Below are positions 25,016 through 36,399 of a stretch of 60,243 bases of DNA, one piece after another. The stretch is from Nemertoderma westbladi (lineage: Eukaryota > Animalia > Xenacoelomorpha), in contig JAUCBJ010003610.1 in assembly GCA_032718475.1 (NCBI GenBank), forward strand, positions 1 through 60,243, given 5' to 3'. The stretch's first letter is position 1. Each line of letters opens with the position of its first letter. Below the pieces are notes generated by a model. It made no database searches. It was not told the DNA's origin and saw only the letters and a list, made by a program, of their open reading frames with translations. Position numbers and translations under genes: made by a program.

Positions 25016-25396
25016 ATACATTTATTATAGGAAGGGATCTAGGGGTCTTAACCTCGAATGATAAGTTTATTTTACCGAAAATAACTTATCTTTTATTGGC
25101 GCAATTGTAGGACTAATCCCATCACATGCGTACTTTTAAACCGGGTAGTGTACAAATTTAGGAATCGCGTAATTTTTCTTGAAATTAATATCTCATATCT
25201 CTCCAAACCACGTACGCGTTTCGACCTTACTGGGTCTCATCAGCGTGGTGTCGGTACAGCGAACTACCCGGTTTAAAAGTACGCATGTGATGGGATTAGT
25301 CCTACAATTGCGCCAATAAAAGATAAGTTATTTTCGGTAAAATAAACTTATCATTCGAGGTTAAGACCCCTAGATCCCTTCCTATAATAAATGTAT
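25016..25396. mobile_element. Penelope-like inverted pseudo-LTR: 134-bp inverted arms (25016-25149, 25263-25396) around a hammerhead-containing spacer
   Basis: The arms read as exact reverse complements; the spacer holds a minimal type I hammerhead. Confidence 0.75.
25207..25249 (-). ncRNA. Type I hammerhead ribozyme (minimal, Penelope-type)
   Basis: Minus strand: ACCACG-CUGAUGA-GACC(CAGUAA)GGUC-GAAA-CGCG-UA-CGUGGU, giving a 6-bp stem I, canonical core, 4-bp stem II, palindromic stem III and GUA cleavage triplet. Confidence 0.9.
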
Positions 25397-25604
25397 AATA
25401 ACAAACACCTCGAAAAATACAGCTTGCCAACACATTGTTACTATCAATAATAAAACCAATACATTAACACGATAAAATTGTTAATGTATAGTAATGTATT
25501 GTCCAACATAACATAAAGGATAACCCCTAAAGCTTTGCAGCTTATTTCCAAGGGGGTCCTTCAAGTTTCTTGGTTACCAATACAAACTAACCTAACTACA
25601 GTAT

Positions 25605-26762
25605 TGTTTGCGCTTTTAAGACCTTTGACAGTTTAACCTGCCAAATTAGGATGTCTTTTAGATGATATATAGTCTTTAGCCTATGACGAGTATTTGATAC
25701 ACTACATTAGCCGAAGCCAGTCTATGCGCAATCATTCACCCGCTGGATATACCCGGGAGACTGAATTCGGAAGCTTAATGATTGATGGTGTAAGCCTACT
25801 GTATTATTCGACTGATCGTAATATATAATCTCTGACAAATATTATTCACTTTCGGGAAATATTAACAGTTCCTTTAGGACGTGGCGCTCTAAATATATAA
25901 ACAGAGTTATGACTTAAACTAGACACAACGAAAGGCTATAGATTCACGTATATGGCGCATTCTTTAGGAGATGCTTTGTTATCAGTCACAATCATACACA
26001 ATGCTGCACAATGCTGCACACCAATCTGCCGACCTTCACTAATTTTAGTCACATACAAAGAGAATAACAGACAATACATGTAGGGCCTATAAAATAGCAT
26101 TAGATTCACTTCACACCACTTAACATAGGTCGCAATCGTTTATCTGTAACCGGTCTCTCTAACCTTTAGTATATCAAGAAGGTTGGGGTGTCTGACTATT
26201 GATCAGTATTCCAAATATAATCTTCCATCAACAAATATAATGAATAACCGACAGCAAAAGCAGTAATGTTAAGTAAGATATGCATGATATGTTTAGTAAG
26301 CATTGATAAGGTAACTCGATAACAGATATACGTTCTATAATTAAGCCTACTAATGTAAGACTAAAGACTGAAACACGGAGGTGCCAAAAGCCGGTGTTCT
26401 TAGGCTCTGGGCAAAAACATAACACTGAATTCCTGAGTTTCTGTATCCACCTCCAACACAGAGACAAAAAACGCTCTGATTGGTCGACCGAACAACGAGA
26501 GAACAAAGAAACAAAGAAATGTCGACGTGGCAATATCAGCTGTTAGCCGTCGTCATGGTAGCGACACTGTTTTCAAGAGTATCGAGCTTATTGCGTCACG
26601 AAATTGCGGATTATGTCCTCTAAAGTACAAATACAGAAGAAATGGCTTTTATGTCCTCTAAAACACCAGTACAGCAAGGACACGGCCTTTTTATGCCTGG
26701 TAAACCAACCACAGAGTACTTTACGGGGAAAATAACCGGCTAATTACGCAAAAGCTTTTACA
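25605..26762 (-). repeat. 3' LTR (1158 bp)
   Basis: Matches 36400-37349 except for an extra 208 bp (26096-26303) and one substitution that I could see. Confidence 0.95.
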
Positions 26763-26949
26763 CCGCTCCCAGAAAATGGGATTTAAGTCTATAAAATATA
26801 ACAAATCACAGTTTCTAAAATATAAAGATACTCTAAACAGTTAGTCTTTCTTACGCAGACGGCGTTTACGCAGTTTTTTGAGGCTAGCAAGAGTCCTTTT
26901 CTCTTTGGGGCGAGCCACTTTACTAGGAGGGCTATAAATCCTGGGTGAA

Positions 26950-28361
26950 GGGTGCAATATGATTGCATCAGAAGGTGTAGGATTATGGTCGGGGTATCCG
27001 CCGTTTCGATATGCTTCTCCTCGAGCTGATTTTCCTCCGCTCGTAGCTGGATACGTTCATCCAAAAACTCTCGCAGAGAATGGGGTTGTCTAAGTTCGAT
27101 ATCTTCTTAGAGATTCTGGATTTCACAATCGAACTGAGATAAAGACAATTCGTTTATCGCTTGGACTTGCTGTTACAACTTACGTTTATCTGAACAAACG
27201 CAGGTTTCCTTTCTGATCTTTGTAGAATAGCGTTTAACTCGTTTGGTACAACGTTCTCCGCCACTTTGGTGACAGGTTATATCGTGTTAAGCCGGGACGA
27301 TGGTAAGGGTTAAACGGCGATATTAAATGTCCGCGTCCCAATCCGGCTAGGTAGAATGGGCTAATATCTAGGAAGCCCACAACTGGGGTGCCACCGACTA
27401 ATTGTTCAGGTAACACTAGATCTTTGAGCAGTGAGTACAGCTCGGGAGGATCCGTCATACTAATAGGATCAAGAGTCTGAAGTCTCACTAGGGAATGAGG
27501 AGTTCTGATCGAGTATTCCGAAACTCTGATCATTGGTTTATTTAAGGATCGTCTGAGTCGAACGAGCGTAGGTGATACATCGAACAAGTTTCGCTCGAAA
27601 CTCCCGTAAGTATAGCGAGTAAAACCGTGTTTAAAGCAACGTCTCCGCGGATGTTTATGTCTTTCCGTTTGTTGGTTGGGTCTTGGGCATTCATCGCAAT
27701 AATACCAAAAACGCACGTCTTGTAGGGGAAACGCGAGTGATCTTTCTCCAGCTTACAATATTCCTCCATCCGTTCGAAGCTATCCGGTACAACAGGTAGC
27801 GATCGATCGGCGGTAAGATACATCATAGTGGAATAGAGCCGTTTGAGTTCTACCATGCGGTCATGATGTATACCTTGAGGATATCGAGTTTCTAGATTCT
27901 GTTGACTGGTAATATCGAGATAGGTTTCTCTCAAGAATTCCAGGTATTTGGTGAAGTCGCTGCGTTTATCCGGCTCTTCAACATCTGCACTTTCGAGTCG
28001 GTTTCGAATAGAATTTTCGTGTTCGAGTCTCAGTTTATCGTTCCGCTTCCGCTGGGTATGATATTTAAATAAACCATTTCCCTTTGGTGTCTATATCGTT
28101 CGTATCGTGTAGGTCGATAGGATGACCAGTAGTTAAGAAGTCCATATACATACCATTACGATGCGTATAGCGAGCGGTGAATTTTCTACAGTCCAACTCA
28201 CGCGTGAGCTGCTCTTGGGACATTGGCGGTTCGATATAACGACCATCGTCCTCCGCAGCAGTTGGACCAGCGTCGCCGCGTATCAAGATATCGACAAACG
28301 CTTGTAAAGGTAGAGTATATCGCTCCCTGATACCAAGATCATCTTCTATCAACTCAATCAT
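26950..28361 (-). pseudogene. Disrupted extra ORF of unknown function in the env position of the BEL element
   Basis: Consecutive or overlapping minus-strand frames (28361-28065, ~28085-27542, 27716-27234, ~27170-26950) with protein-like composition, broken by frameshifts and a stop. Confidence 0.5.
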
Positions 28362-28995
28362 ATCTGCTATATAAGTTTATCCATATTATAATGAGTTTAT
28401 ATTTAGGCGAGCGGGCGTCGCTGCCTACCCCTCTCTGCCCCCGGACAGTGCGAGATCCTCAGCGCTGGTGTACTTTCGCCGATGTGCCTATCGCCAACGT
28501 CGTAGCTGCACAACGACTACAACAACCAGCACGAGCCACTCCACCGTCCGTCCCAAAGGCTTAGATATACTTCAGGTTCTTACTGGAGAGTTAGGGTTAC
28601 TTTCACAATTGCGACTCGCGACTTTATTGTTCTTTTAACTCACTTCTAATTCTAGCGTGGTTGTTGCCATGGTGACATTATGGAAAACTAGCGGTAGAAT
28701 TAGGGTAATTCTCATGCATACAGATCTGGGATGCTATTTAATAGTAATTCTTTAATTGTCAATATCCTCTCTATATATGATTTTATGAATTTTATCGGCT
28801 ATTGACTATATATTGGAGATTCTCGCACACAAATACACTTAATAGAGTGAATCTCCGCTCCCATGATCTATTAATTAATGGAATTTTGGGAATGTTATAA
28901 ATTGTACAAAATGACAATTTATTAAATTCATTGAAATATATGAATTTAAATTTATTCCCGTAAATTTTATTATTTAATGTTAAATAGACGTAATT

Positions 28996-29285
28996 TTATT
29001 CCAGAACGTGTCTGGGGACTGGGATCCTTTATTCTAGGAATTTTGTCTTTTTAAGAGTATCGGTAAGTGCTACGATATCTTAATCGACTAGAATGTTAAA
29101 GGATCTAAAATTTGACAGATTTTGTAAATATTAATAATTAATATTTAGGATGGGCACCAGTTTATTCCAGAACTTGTCTGGGGACGTTAACCACTAATTC
29201 TAGAATTTTGTCTTTCAAGTATATCGGTGGGTGCCGCGATATCTTAATCGACTAGAATTGCAGATGGTCAAAGGGTTTAACAGAT
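28996..29285. repeat. Diverged ~165-bp tandem duplication in the BEL 3' non-coding region
   Basis: TTTATTCCAGAAC.TGTCTGGGGAC...GATATCTTAATCGACTAGAAT occurs at ~28996 and ~29161. Confidence 0.8.
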
Positions 29286-29805
29286 TTATTTTGCGTTATA
29301 CGCTACTGTTAAAGGGACATCACGCTACTATATGTATTATTTAATATACGGTATGAGAGCAATATCGCACGAAGCAATGTCAGTGTGAAGAGGCAAGTCG
29401 TTTCCAAGGTCTACCCAGAGCTTGGTTTAGCCGAGACACGAGGATCTGAACTTTGCATTCCTAATACTCTGCCTACCAATAATACTTGAATATAGTAGTG
29501 GCTTTATTGTACTTTAATAAGTACGGAGATGTCATCTTACTGTATTTACGTATTTATAATGTAATACGGACAGTAAGGAAAGAGAAAAAGAATTGTTTCT
29601 CGCCGTCGCACTAAATATATAATATAAGTAATTACGTAATAAATGCGAATATATTGCACTAATCTACTAAATAATCGCTAAATAACATTCTACTAAATAA
29701 AATTAAAGAAAACGATTATAATAAAATTACATAATAATACATACATAATATAAAATAATAAAATAAATATAAAATAATGTAGTCACACACCCACTCCGTA
29801 TGTTG

Positions 29806-32800
29806 TTACGTTATGGAGTCCCTAGATATTTGTTGGATTAGGGAGGTGGTCGTGGGAAGAGTATCTTGCCTTCCATAGTTTCCGGACAGTTTTCGGTCTC
29901 TTTCCAGTAAACATAAACGACCAGCTGGGCGATTGAGTGGTTGTGTTACTTTCTCCACTCCCTTGGCCTGTCTAATCTTCGCCGGGTTAAGATGGGGAGG
30001 CCATTCATCTTCTTTACTTAGGAAGTCGGGTTCACCTAACCAGTCTGGAGTATCTGTAAGTTCTTGAGGAGTTGCTCCTCTGGAGGCGATGTCGGCTGGA
30101 TTGATCGTCTCGGGGCAATGTCTCCATTGATCTACATTGGAGTTGATGTCGTCATTATCTGAGGAGTATGGTGTTCCCTCAGTTGGGTCGTCAACTTCAC
30201 TGCTCTCCACTTCCCGTTCACTTAATTGATATACCTGTTCTTTTGGTAATCTTTCCATAAGAGTTCTACGAGAAGGGCCAGTAAAGTACCAACCTACTCT
30301 AGTTCTTCCCGCATAAACTTGTAGAGGTTGCGGTTGAGCAGGCCGTTTCTCCAATGTCTCGAGCGCTTCATGCGCATTTTGACCGATGAGTATTTGGACT
30401 CCAGGGTAATCAGTGTTGAATCTAGGTATTTCAAACTGCTGGGTGAAATCGTCCTCATCCCAGTTATAAGGTTCCACTTGGCTGGTCGCGAAGTTCTTTA
30501 TCGCTAACATTTTTACTGACCTTATGCTGTGTTCTCCTAGTTCATCCTGGGGGGTGGACAACGCACCTACATAATAATCTGCGATTACTGTAGATTTCCA
30601 AACCTGCATAATTCCTGACATGTTTAGCTTAGTTCGGAACTTGGGTTGTCCAGCAAAGACGTCTTCGGCTAGTTCTTTGTCGATGAATGTTCCTGTACTA
30701 CCGGAGTCAAGGAGGGCGTTCACTACATAACTCCTTTTAGGTCCGTGGACCCTTACCTGTACTACAGGAAATTCTCGGATTCCTACATTGGAAGGTGGTG
30801 CTTTCCAAGATGGTTGTCTGTCAGAAGTAGTTAGGGGGGGCTCGCTGTCGGTGTCCTTTTCATACGTAAGTGCTCGATACACTGCGATATTTGTCAGGTA
30901 ACAGGATTCGTTTTCGTCGGAGAATTCGTCCGTATAGAATCCTTCCATCTCAGAATATTGGTCAGTGTCGTTCACATCACTGAATTGGACATGTAGTTCG
31001 GACTCACTTATCTGACTCGGGCTGTTTCGTTCGAATTTCGTGTGCAACAAGATATTATGTTTTGCGCCGCACTTTGCACACCCTGCGTCGGAGTAACAGG
31101 TTCGCCGCTGGTGTCCTCGTCTGAGGCAATTATAACACAACCGCTTATCCCACATGACTTCACGTCTATCCTTTAGTGATTTCCTCAGGAATTCATCACA
31201 TGCATTTAAACGGTGGGGCCCGTCGCACAGCACACATTTGGGCTTGATGTTACTTACTTTAACATGTGCTGTGTGGTGCACGTTCGTTCTTTCCTCGGGA
31301 TTTCTTACATGAATTCTCTTAGGAGACGTAGGAGGAGTTTTTCTTACCTGTTCTCTCCTGTCATTGGTTCGAGACTTGAATTTACTTACGTCCTTTAGGA
31401 TTTTATTGTCATAGTAAGATCTTTCAGTGTCTTTTCCGCTGTCTTCCTCTTGAGAAGCCTGGCTTTCGCCATCGTCTGTATAACAAACTGGTATTACCCT
31501 TCTCCTAGAAACGGGTTTCTCACTTACCTTGTTTTCCAGTGTCTTCTCTCTGGACTGCCTTAGGAGCTGTAATTTCACTTCTCTATCTAAGAATGACATG
31601 AGATCAGCCATGGTAGGGTCTCGTCGTTGTTGTTCCATCATATATAACACTTTCTTGTCCCAGCGTGTACCTACTCCACCCTTGGGCAAAGTAGATGCTA
31701 AGGCTCCTACAACCATAGAATTCTGGTATTCATGAGACTTACCTAACCAATCTAGTTGTCTACAGATCTCCTGAATCTCGTCGGAAAACTCTATAATCCC
31801 GCTGCTAAGAAACTTTCGGGGCGCCATTAATTTCGCATATAAATACCTAGCTATGTTAGTCCTATTACCATACCTGATGTTTAGTGTATCCCAAACTTGT
31901 CTTAATCCATCTGGATGTCCAATAAACTTTGACGCCATTAACTTGGGAGATCCTTCCAAGCACTCGATGAGGAATCTAAGTTTCTCTCCGTTGGATAGCA
32001 CAGAGTTCTGTATGTTATCTTTGTAATATTCATTAAAAGGTAACCATTTCATCTCATCTCCATTGAACTTGACTATCTCTCCAACCTTTACCGCTTGCCG
32101 GGCTTCGGTTCTAGCCATTTGACGCGTAAAACTTTCTTGGGCCATCGTGTTATTTAATATCGAGTTATCGGTATATAAATTTCTCGGATTATGATCAGGT
32201 CTATAGGGAATATCATTATCAACAGGTCTATAATCACCCTTAATAGGGTTCACTATAGGAGTTTCTACTTCACTAGCAGTATAGATGCGTGTAGGCTCCA
32301 CACCTTGCGCATGAGATACTTCAGACCTAACAGGTTGACACATCGTTACCGAGGGTGGTGGTATACCCTTTTGTGTATTTACTAATTTATCGCGTTCTAA
32401 TGCGATACTTTGCTGCACTTCTTGCAACTCTAACCTACTTTCCCTTACTGTGCCCTTGAATTGCTGAACGGTCTCCTGCATCTGCCCGAGCAGGAGATCC
32501 ATCCCCCACCGTCTCTCATCCACCCTTTCGACCGCCGAAGCGGGAGTCGCCAACGTTGTAGCGGGCGGACGAGGGACAACGGGCGACAAATCATGAATAT
32601 TTCGCTCGGAGTCCAGGACCTGAACTGTCTCATGGGCTGTTCTACTGGGCACAGGTAGCTTAGTGCTGTGCAGAGGGAATTTAGAGGTAGGTTCAGGGAG
32701 CACAGGTGTCTCTATCACCGAAGGGGTGATTTCAAGAACAGGCCTAATTATTTCAGGCTCATCTACTATAGTAGGGAGTCTTTCTATTGTAATTATTTGG

Positions 32801-34491
32801 TCTGTGGGTTCTGTACTACCTAAGTTGGTGTTATTTAGTTGCCTTCTAACAGCTGGAGGCAAATCAGGCAATTTCTGACGGTGGGATGTTCTTTTACGTC
32901 TGCTTAGGCGAGATCTATTTCCTTTGCCTTCAGTATCGGTGGTATCGCCTTCCTCAGATGATGTATATCCCTGTCTTTTGGGAGTAGATCGATTCATCAT
33001 CTGCATATTACTAGCTGTTAACTGTTTATTTATGCAGTCTTGATTCTCCTGAATATTTTCCAGTTCTAATTGGGCGATCTCTTCAGCCGCTATCCGTTCT
33101 GCTTCTGCCGCTGCCATTGCCGCTTTTCTTTCCATTTCGGCTGCTTTTCTTTTCGCTTCTGCTTCTGCCTCTGCTTCTGCCTCTGCCGCTGCCGCTGCCG
33201 CTGCCGCTTTTCTTTCCATTTCGTCTGCTTTACTTTCCTCTTCGGCTGCTTTCCTTTCCGCTTCGGCAGCTGCTACTGCTGCTTTCTTTCTGTCTTCTAT
33301 ACGTTTTTTCTTTACTTGTTCTTCTTGGACTCGTGTGATGCGGAGTTGTTCATCAAATTTAGCCTGGTTCGCAGCCCTCATTTCCACATCGATGGCATCC
33401 AACACACGCTGGGTTCCTTCACTATTAGGGCTGAGTCCATCTAACCTTCTCCTCAACTCTTCATCTCCTAAAAAACGCTGATAGTCTGACAGATAGATGT
33501 CAATGGCATCCCTCTTATGCGGTTTCTCTGCTGTCGCTTCACTTTCCACTTGGGAAAAAGTAGCATCTGTTGATTCTCCATGGGTTGAGCGCTCCTCCAG
33601 CTGAGCTTTCCACTGAGCCGTTCCTTGAACCTGGAGACTCACCCGTTGAAACCAAGTCTTTACGGCAACTTGCAACGACGTGTCTTGTCTTCTTTTAGAA
33701 GCCTCCTCAAAGGCCGATAAGATTAGCCTGATTCGCAGAATTCTTTCTCTAACTTGATAAAGCAGTTGTCCCTGCTCTTGAGGTCCTTGTGGTTGTTGAA
33801 ACAGTTGTTCTTTTACTCGCTCCATAGAGCTGAAGAATCCCTGTGCGTATCCGGCTGCGGACCTCTTCCACACAGCTGGATCGATGGTTTCCTTGGCTAC
33901 TCCCATCCGGTGTATGTCTTCCCAGGCAGCTTCTGATAAATCAAACGGGAGTCCAGGTCCGGGGAAGTTCCATTGCGACTCGACAATAGACTTCAGTTCT
34001 TCCCTTGTGTATCCCGCATAACTATCTTTAGTTGATCGCTGACTTCTCGCCCAATCGATCTGGTGTTCTTCCACCGCGATCAATATCCTAGTGAGTACGG
34101 CTGCAGGAAGGATGAGAAGGGGATCCGAATAAACCGCATCCGTCATCTTTGCTCCGCGCTCGGGTGTCAGCTCTACAGTATCCTCACTACTGGAGCTGTT
34201 GGGCTGCTGAGAAATAAGTTCTTGGCTCGCGGGTTGTTGCTGTTCCGCTGCTTCTTGGTCCCGCTTGACCTGAGCTCGAGTGCCTATGATAGACCTATGG
34301 TGTTGGACCAGCCTAGGTTCTGATATTACTACTGTAGGGATGACCTTGCTTACAGTAGGAGGGGACTTTGACTTTGGTCTCAGACGCTCTATACTCTTAG
34401 CTGAGTCCCAGATCTTTTTAAGACCCTGTCTAACACTCATTCTAGCACTTTCTAAGAGGCTATCTGACAATGTTGGTTTTGTGTCAGACAT
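29806..34491 (-). CDS. BEL/Pao Gag-protease polyprotein (1561 aa) ending in RNase H and integrase remnants
   Basis: KFNGDEMKW..F and EKLRFLIECLEG (BEL Gag); three Zn knuckles CVLCDGPHRLNAC, CYNCLRRGHQRRTC, CAKCGAKHNILLH; protease ALLDSGS...ILIG; then QWRHCPETINPADIASRG and RPAGRLCLLE. No YxDD or integrase DDE core. Confidence 0.92.
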   Translation of the reverse strand: MSDTKPTLSDSLLESARMSVRQGLKKIWDSAKSIERLRPKSKSPPTVSKVIPTVVISEPRLVQHHRSIIGTRAQVKRDQEAAEQQQPASQELISQQPNSSSSEDTVELTPERGAKMTDAVYSDPLLILPAAVLTRILIAVEEHQIDWARSQRSTKDSYAGYTREELKSIVESQWNFPGPGLPFDLSEAAWEDIHRMGVAKETIDPAVWKRSAAGYAQGFFSSMERVKEQLFQQPQGPQEQGQLLYQVRERILRIRLILSAFEEASKRRQDTSLQVAVKTWFQRVSLQVQGTAQWKAQLEERSTHGESTDATFSQVESEATAEKPHKRDAIDIYLSDYQRFLGDEELRRRLDGLSPNSEGTQRVLDAIDVEMRAANQAKFDEQLRITRVQEEQVKKKRIEDRKKAAVAAAEAERKAAEEESKADEMERKAAAAAAAAEAEAEAEAEAKRKAAEMERKAAMAAAEAERIAAEEIAQLELENIQENQDCINKQLTASNMQMMNRSTPKRQGYTSSEEGDTTDTEGKGNRSRLSRRKRTSHRQKLPDLPPAVRRQLNNTNLGSTEPTDQIITIERLPTIVDEPEIIRPVLEITPSVIETPVLPEPTSKFPLHSTKLPVPSRTAHETVQVLDSERNIHDLSPVVPRPPATTLATPASAVERVDERRWGMDLLLGQMQETVQQFKGTVRESRLELQEVQQSIALERDKLVNTQKGIPPPSVTMCQPVRSEVSHAQGVEPTRIYTASEVETPIVNPIKGDYRPVDNDIPYRPDHNPRNLYTDNSILNNTMAQESFTRQMARTEARQAVKVGEIVKFNGDEMKWLPFNEYYKDNIQNSVLSNGEKLRFLIECLEGSPKLMASKFIGHPDGLRQVWDTLNIRYGNRTNIARYLYAKLMAPRKFLSSGIIEFSDEIQEICRQLDWLGKSHEYQNSMVVGALASTLPKGGVGTRWDKKVLYMMEQQRRDPTMADLMSFLDREVKLQLLRQSREKTLENKVSEKPVSRRRVIPVCYTDDGESQASQEEDSGKDTERSYYDNKILKDVSKFKSRTNDRREQVRKTPPTSPKRIHVRNPEERTNVHHTAHVKVSNIKPKCVLCDGPHRLNACDEFLRKSLKDRREVMWDKRLCYNCLRRGHQRRTCYSDAGCAKCGAKHNILLHTKFERNSPSQISESELHVQFSDVNDTDQYSEMEGFYTDEFSDENESCYLTNIAVYRALTYEKDTDSEPPLTTSDRQPSWKAPPSNVGIREFPVVQVRVHGPKRSYVVNALLDSGSTGTFIDKELAEDVFAGQPKFRTKLNMSGIMQVWKSTVIADYYVGALSTPQDELGEHSIRSVKMLAIKNFATSQVEPYNWDEDDFTQQFEIPRFNTDYPGVQILIGQNAHEALETLEKRPAQPQPLQVYAGRTRVGWYFTGPSRRTLMERLPKEQVYQLSEREVESSEVDDPTEGTPYSSDNDDINSNVDQWRHCPETINPADIASRGATPQELTDTPDWLGEPDFLSKEDEWPPHLNPAKIRQAKGVEKVTQPLNRPAGRLCLLERDRKLSGNYGRQDTLPTTTSLIQQISRDSIT

Positions 34492-34599
34492 GTTTGATTG
34501 TACAGTTGAATGCCTACTGCTATATTACAGTCTAAGCAAGTCTAGTAATTCAGCATTAACTGCTAGCCTAGTAATTAATTACTGATACTGCTACTCAGT

Positions 34600-34875
34600 G
34601 TAGCGTGATATATATATAATATTAGAATACCGGTATGCTTATAGTATATATAAGTATTATTAGTAACTAGAATTAATTACAGAATACCGGTATGATTTCA
34701 GCCTAAATTTATATATATAATAGGCCTGTCTTGAATACCGGTATACAGCTTACACTTATAATGTATATATATAAGTATAATTACAGACTAGAATTAATTA
34801 CAGAATACCGGTATAATTTCAGCCTATATTTATAAAAATAAAGATAATAAGCCTATTGTAAATACCGGTATATCA
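34600..34875. repeat. Degenerate ~60-bp tandem units (GAATACCGGTAT core) in the BEL leader
   Basis: Core repeated five times (~34625, 34682, 34733, 34803, 34861). Confidence 0.7.
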
Positions 34876-36399
34876 ATTATTTTAGAATAATTGAATTTCT
34901 GAATTTTAAGGGTTACTTGGTTACTTTAACTTACTTTATTACCGTTATTTAAGCAGTAGTCCAACTGATATTGAGACCTAATTGTTGTATGGCAGGCCTA
35001 CTATTTATAAATCGTTTGAGTTGATTTATAATATATATACCCGTTAAAATGGGTTTTTGTCAATATTTGAAATAAATGTTATTATTTCTGGGGGAGTCAC
35101 TACACAGAAGCTGTGTGCTCTCAGTGGAGTGCTACTTGTTGGACACTAAAACAAATAATTCTAATTTACCTAAGTTACTTAATACTACAAATTACGTACA
35201 ATTCGGGTTGAGATTACAATCTCTAAATAAACACAAAAATTTACAAGTACGAATTTTTAGGGTGATTTTACAAGAATTCTACAAACCAGCCTAACAAAGG
35301 GTTAGAATACCTGGTTATTACAACAGACAGGGTACTACGGTATTTGAAAATAATAAGTAGTAGTAAATATACTGCGTTGTCCAGATAGGAAAATACCACC
35401 GTCTGACGACCTATAGCCGTATCGCTATAGGTACTACGTTATGTATCACGGAGTGTTCCTACCCAGAAGTTAATTACCGCGGTCTACCAGAACCAACGTG
35501 CCTATTAACCACTTTACAACACAAATATACTGCCTACACACTAATTACCTCCGGAAAGCACTGTACACTAAACCCTAAATTAGGTACAAGTACTTGTACA
35601 ACAAATAATCAGTAGTTAAAAATACTTGAACAGCTAAAAGAACCACGGTATCTGCCGGAGTGACCAAAGCATAAAATCTCCAGTCTTTACCTACGCCAAG
35701 CAGCCCTGATGTAGTACCGGGGTTAGTTTAACTATAACGGTATGTATAACAAACACAATTACTGTAGGAATAAACTTGGGGATATGAGTGTTGCGAATAA
35801 TCGCATAAACTCTGAATAATAAATATTACGCTACGCGTACAGACTATTCAAACAAAATGCAGACCAAATACTGACAGACTACTGTCAAGCCTAAACAAAA
35901 TACGGTATATGCAGACTCCGAAATGATTAGTTAGTATGCGTTCTAACCCAGTAGTACGACTTATTCTTTCACAGGGGGTTTACCTCACAGCACTTGAAGC
36001 CCCTACTTTCCTAACTTAGCACTTTATCGGACAGATGCTCTACACACACCGAAATTTCCTCAAACCCAACAACAGCCAGCCAACAGTCAAGCCTACAAAT
36101 TATCTGTACAATCTGAGCAGGCTTACACGCCTTCTGCTCAATACTGGCCTACAAATAAATAAAACTTGACAGAAACAAGTAAAATCTCAATAAAAAACCA
36201 GGGCGGCCGTCCCTGATTAATTATTAAGGCCTACCGGTATATAATTATCAAAATCGAATAATACTGATGTACCTGTACCGTAAGTACCGGTTCGGGCAGT
36301 TGGGCCTACAGGCCTACAGCAGTACAGGTTACCGTTCAACCGGTACCGATACTTTAGACTTGATTGCTTACACCGCAATCCAGAAGCAATATCTGTTAT

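Noticed and set aside
33070-33444. Antisense Cys/Phe- and Leu/Pro-rich ORFs
   Set aside because: Shadows of the low-complexity Gag segment.
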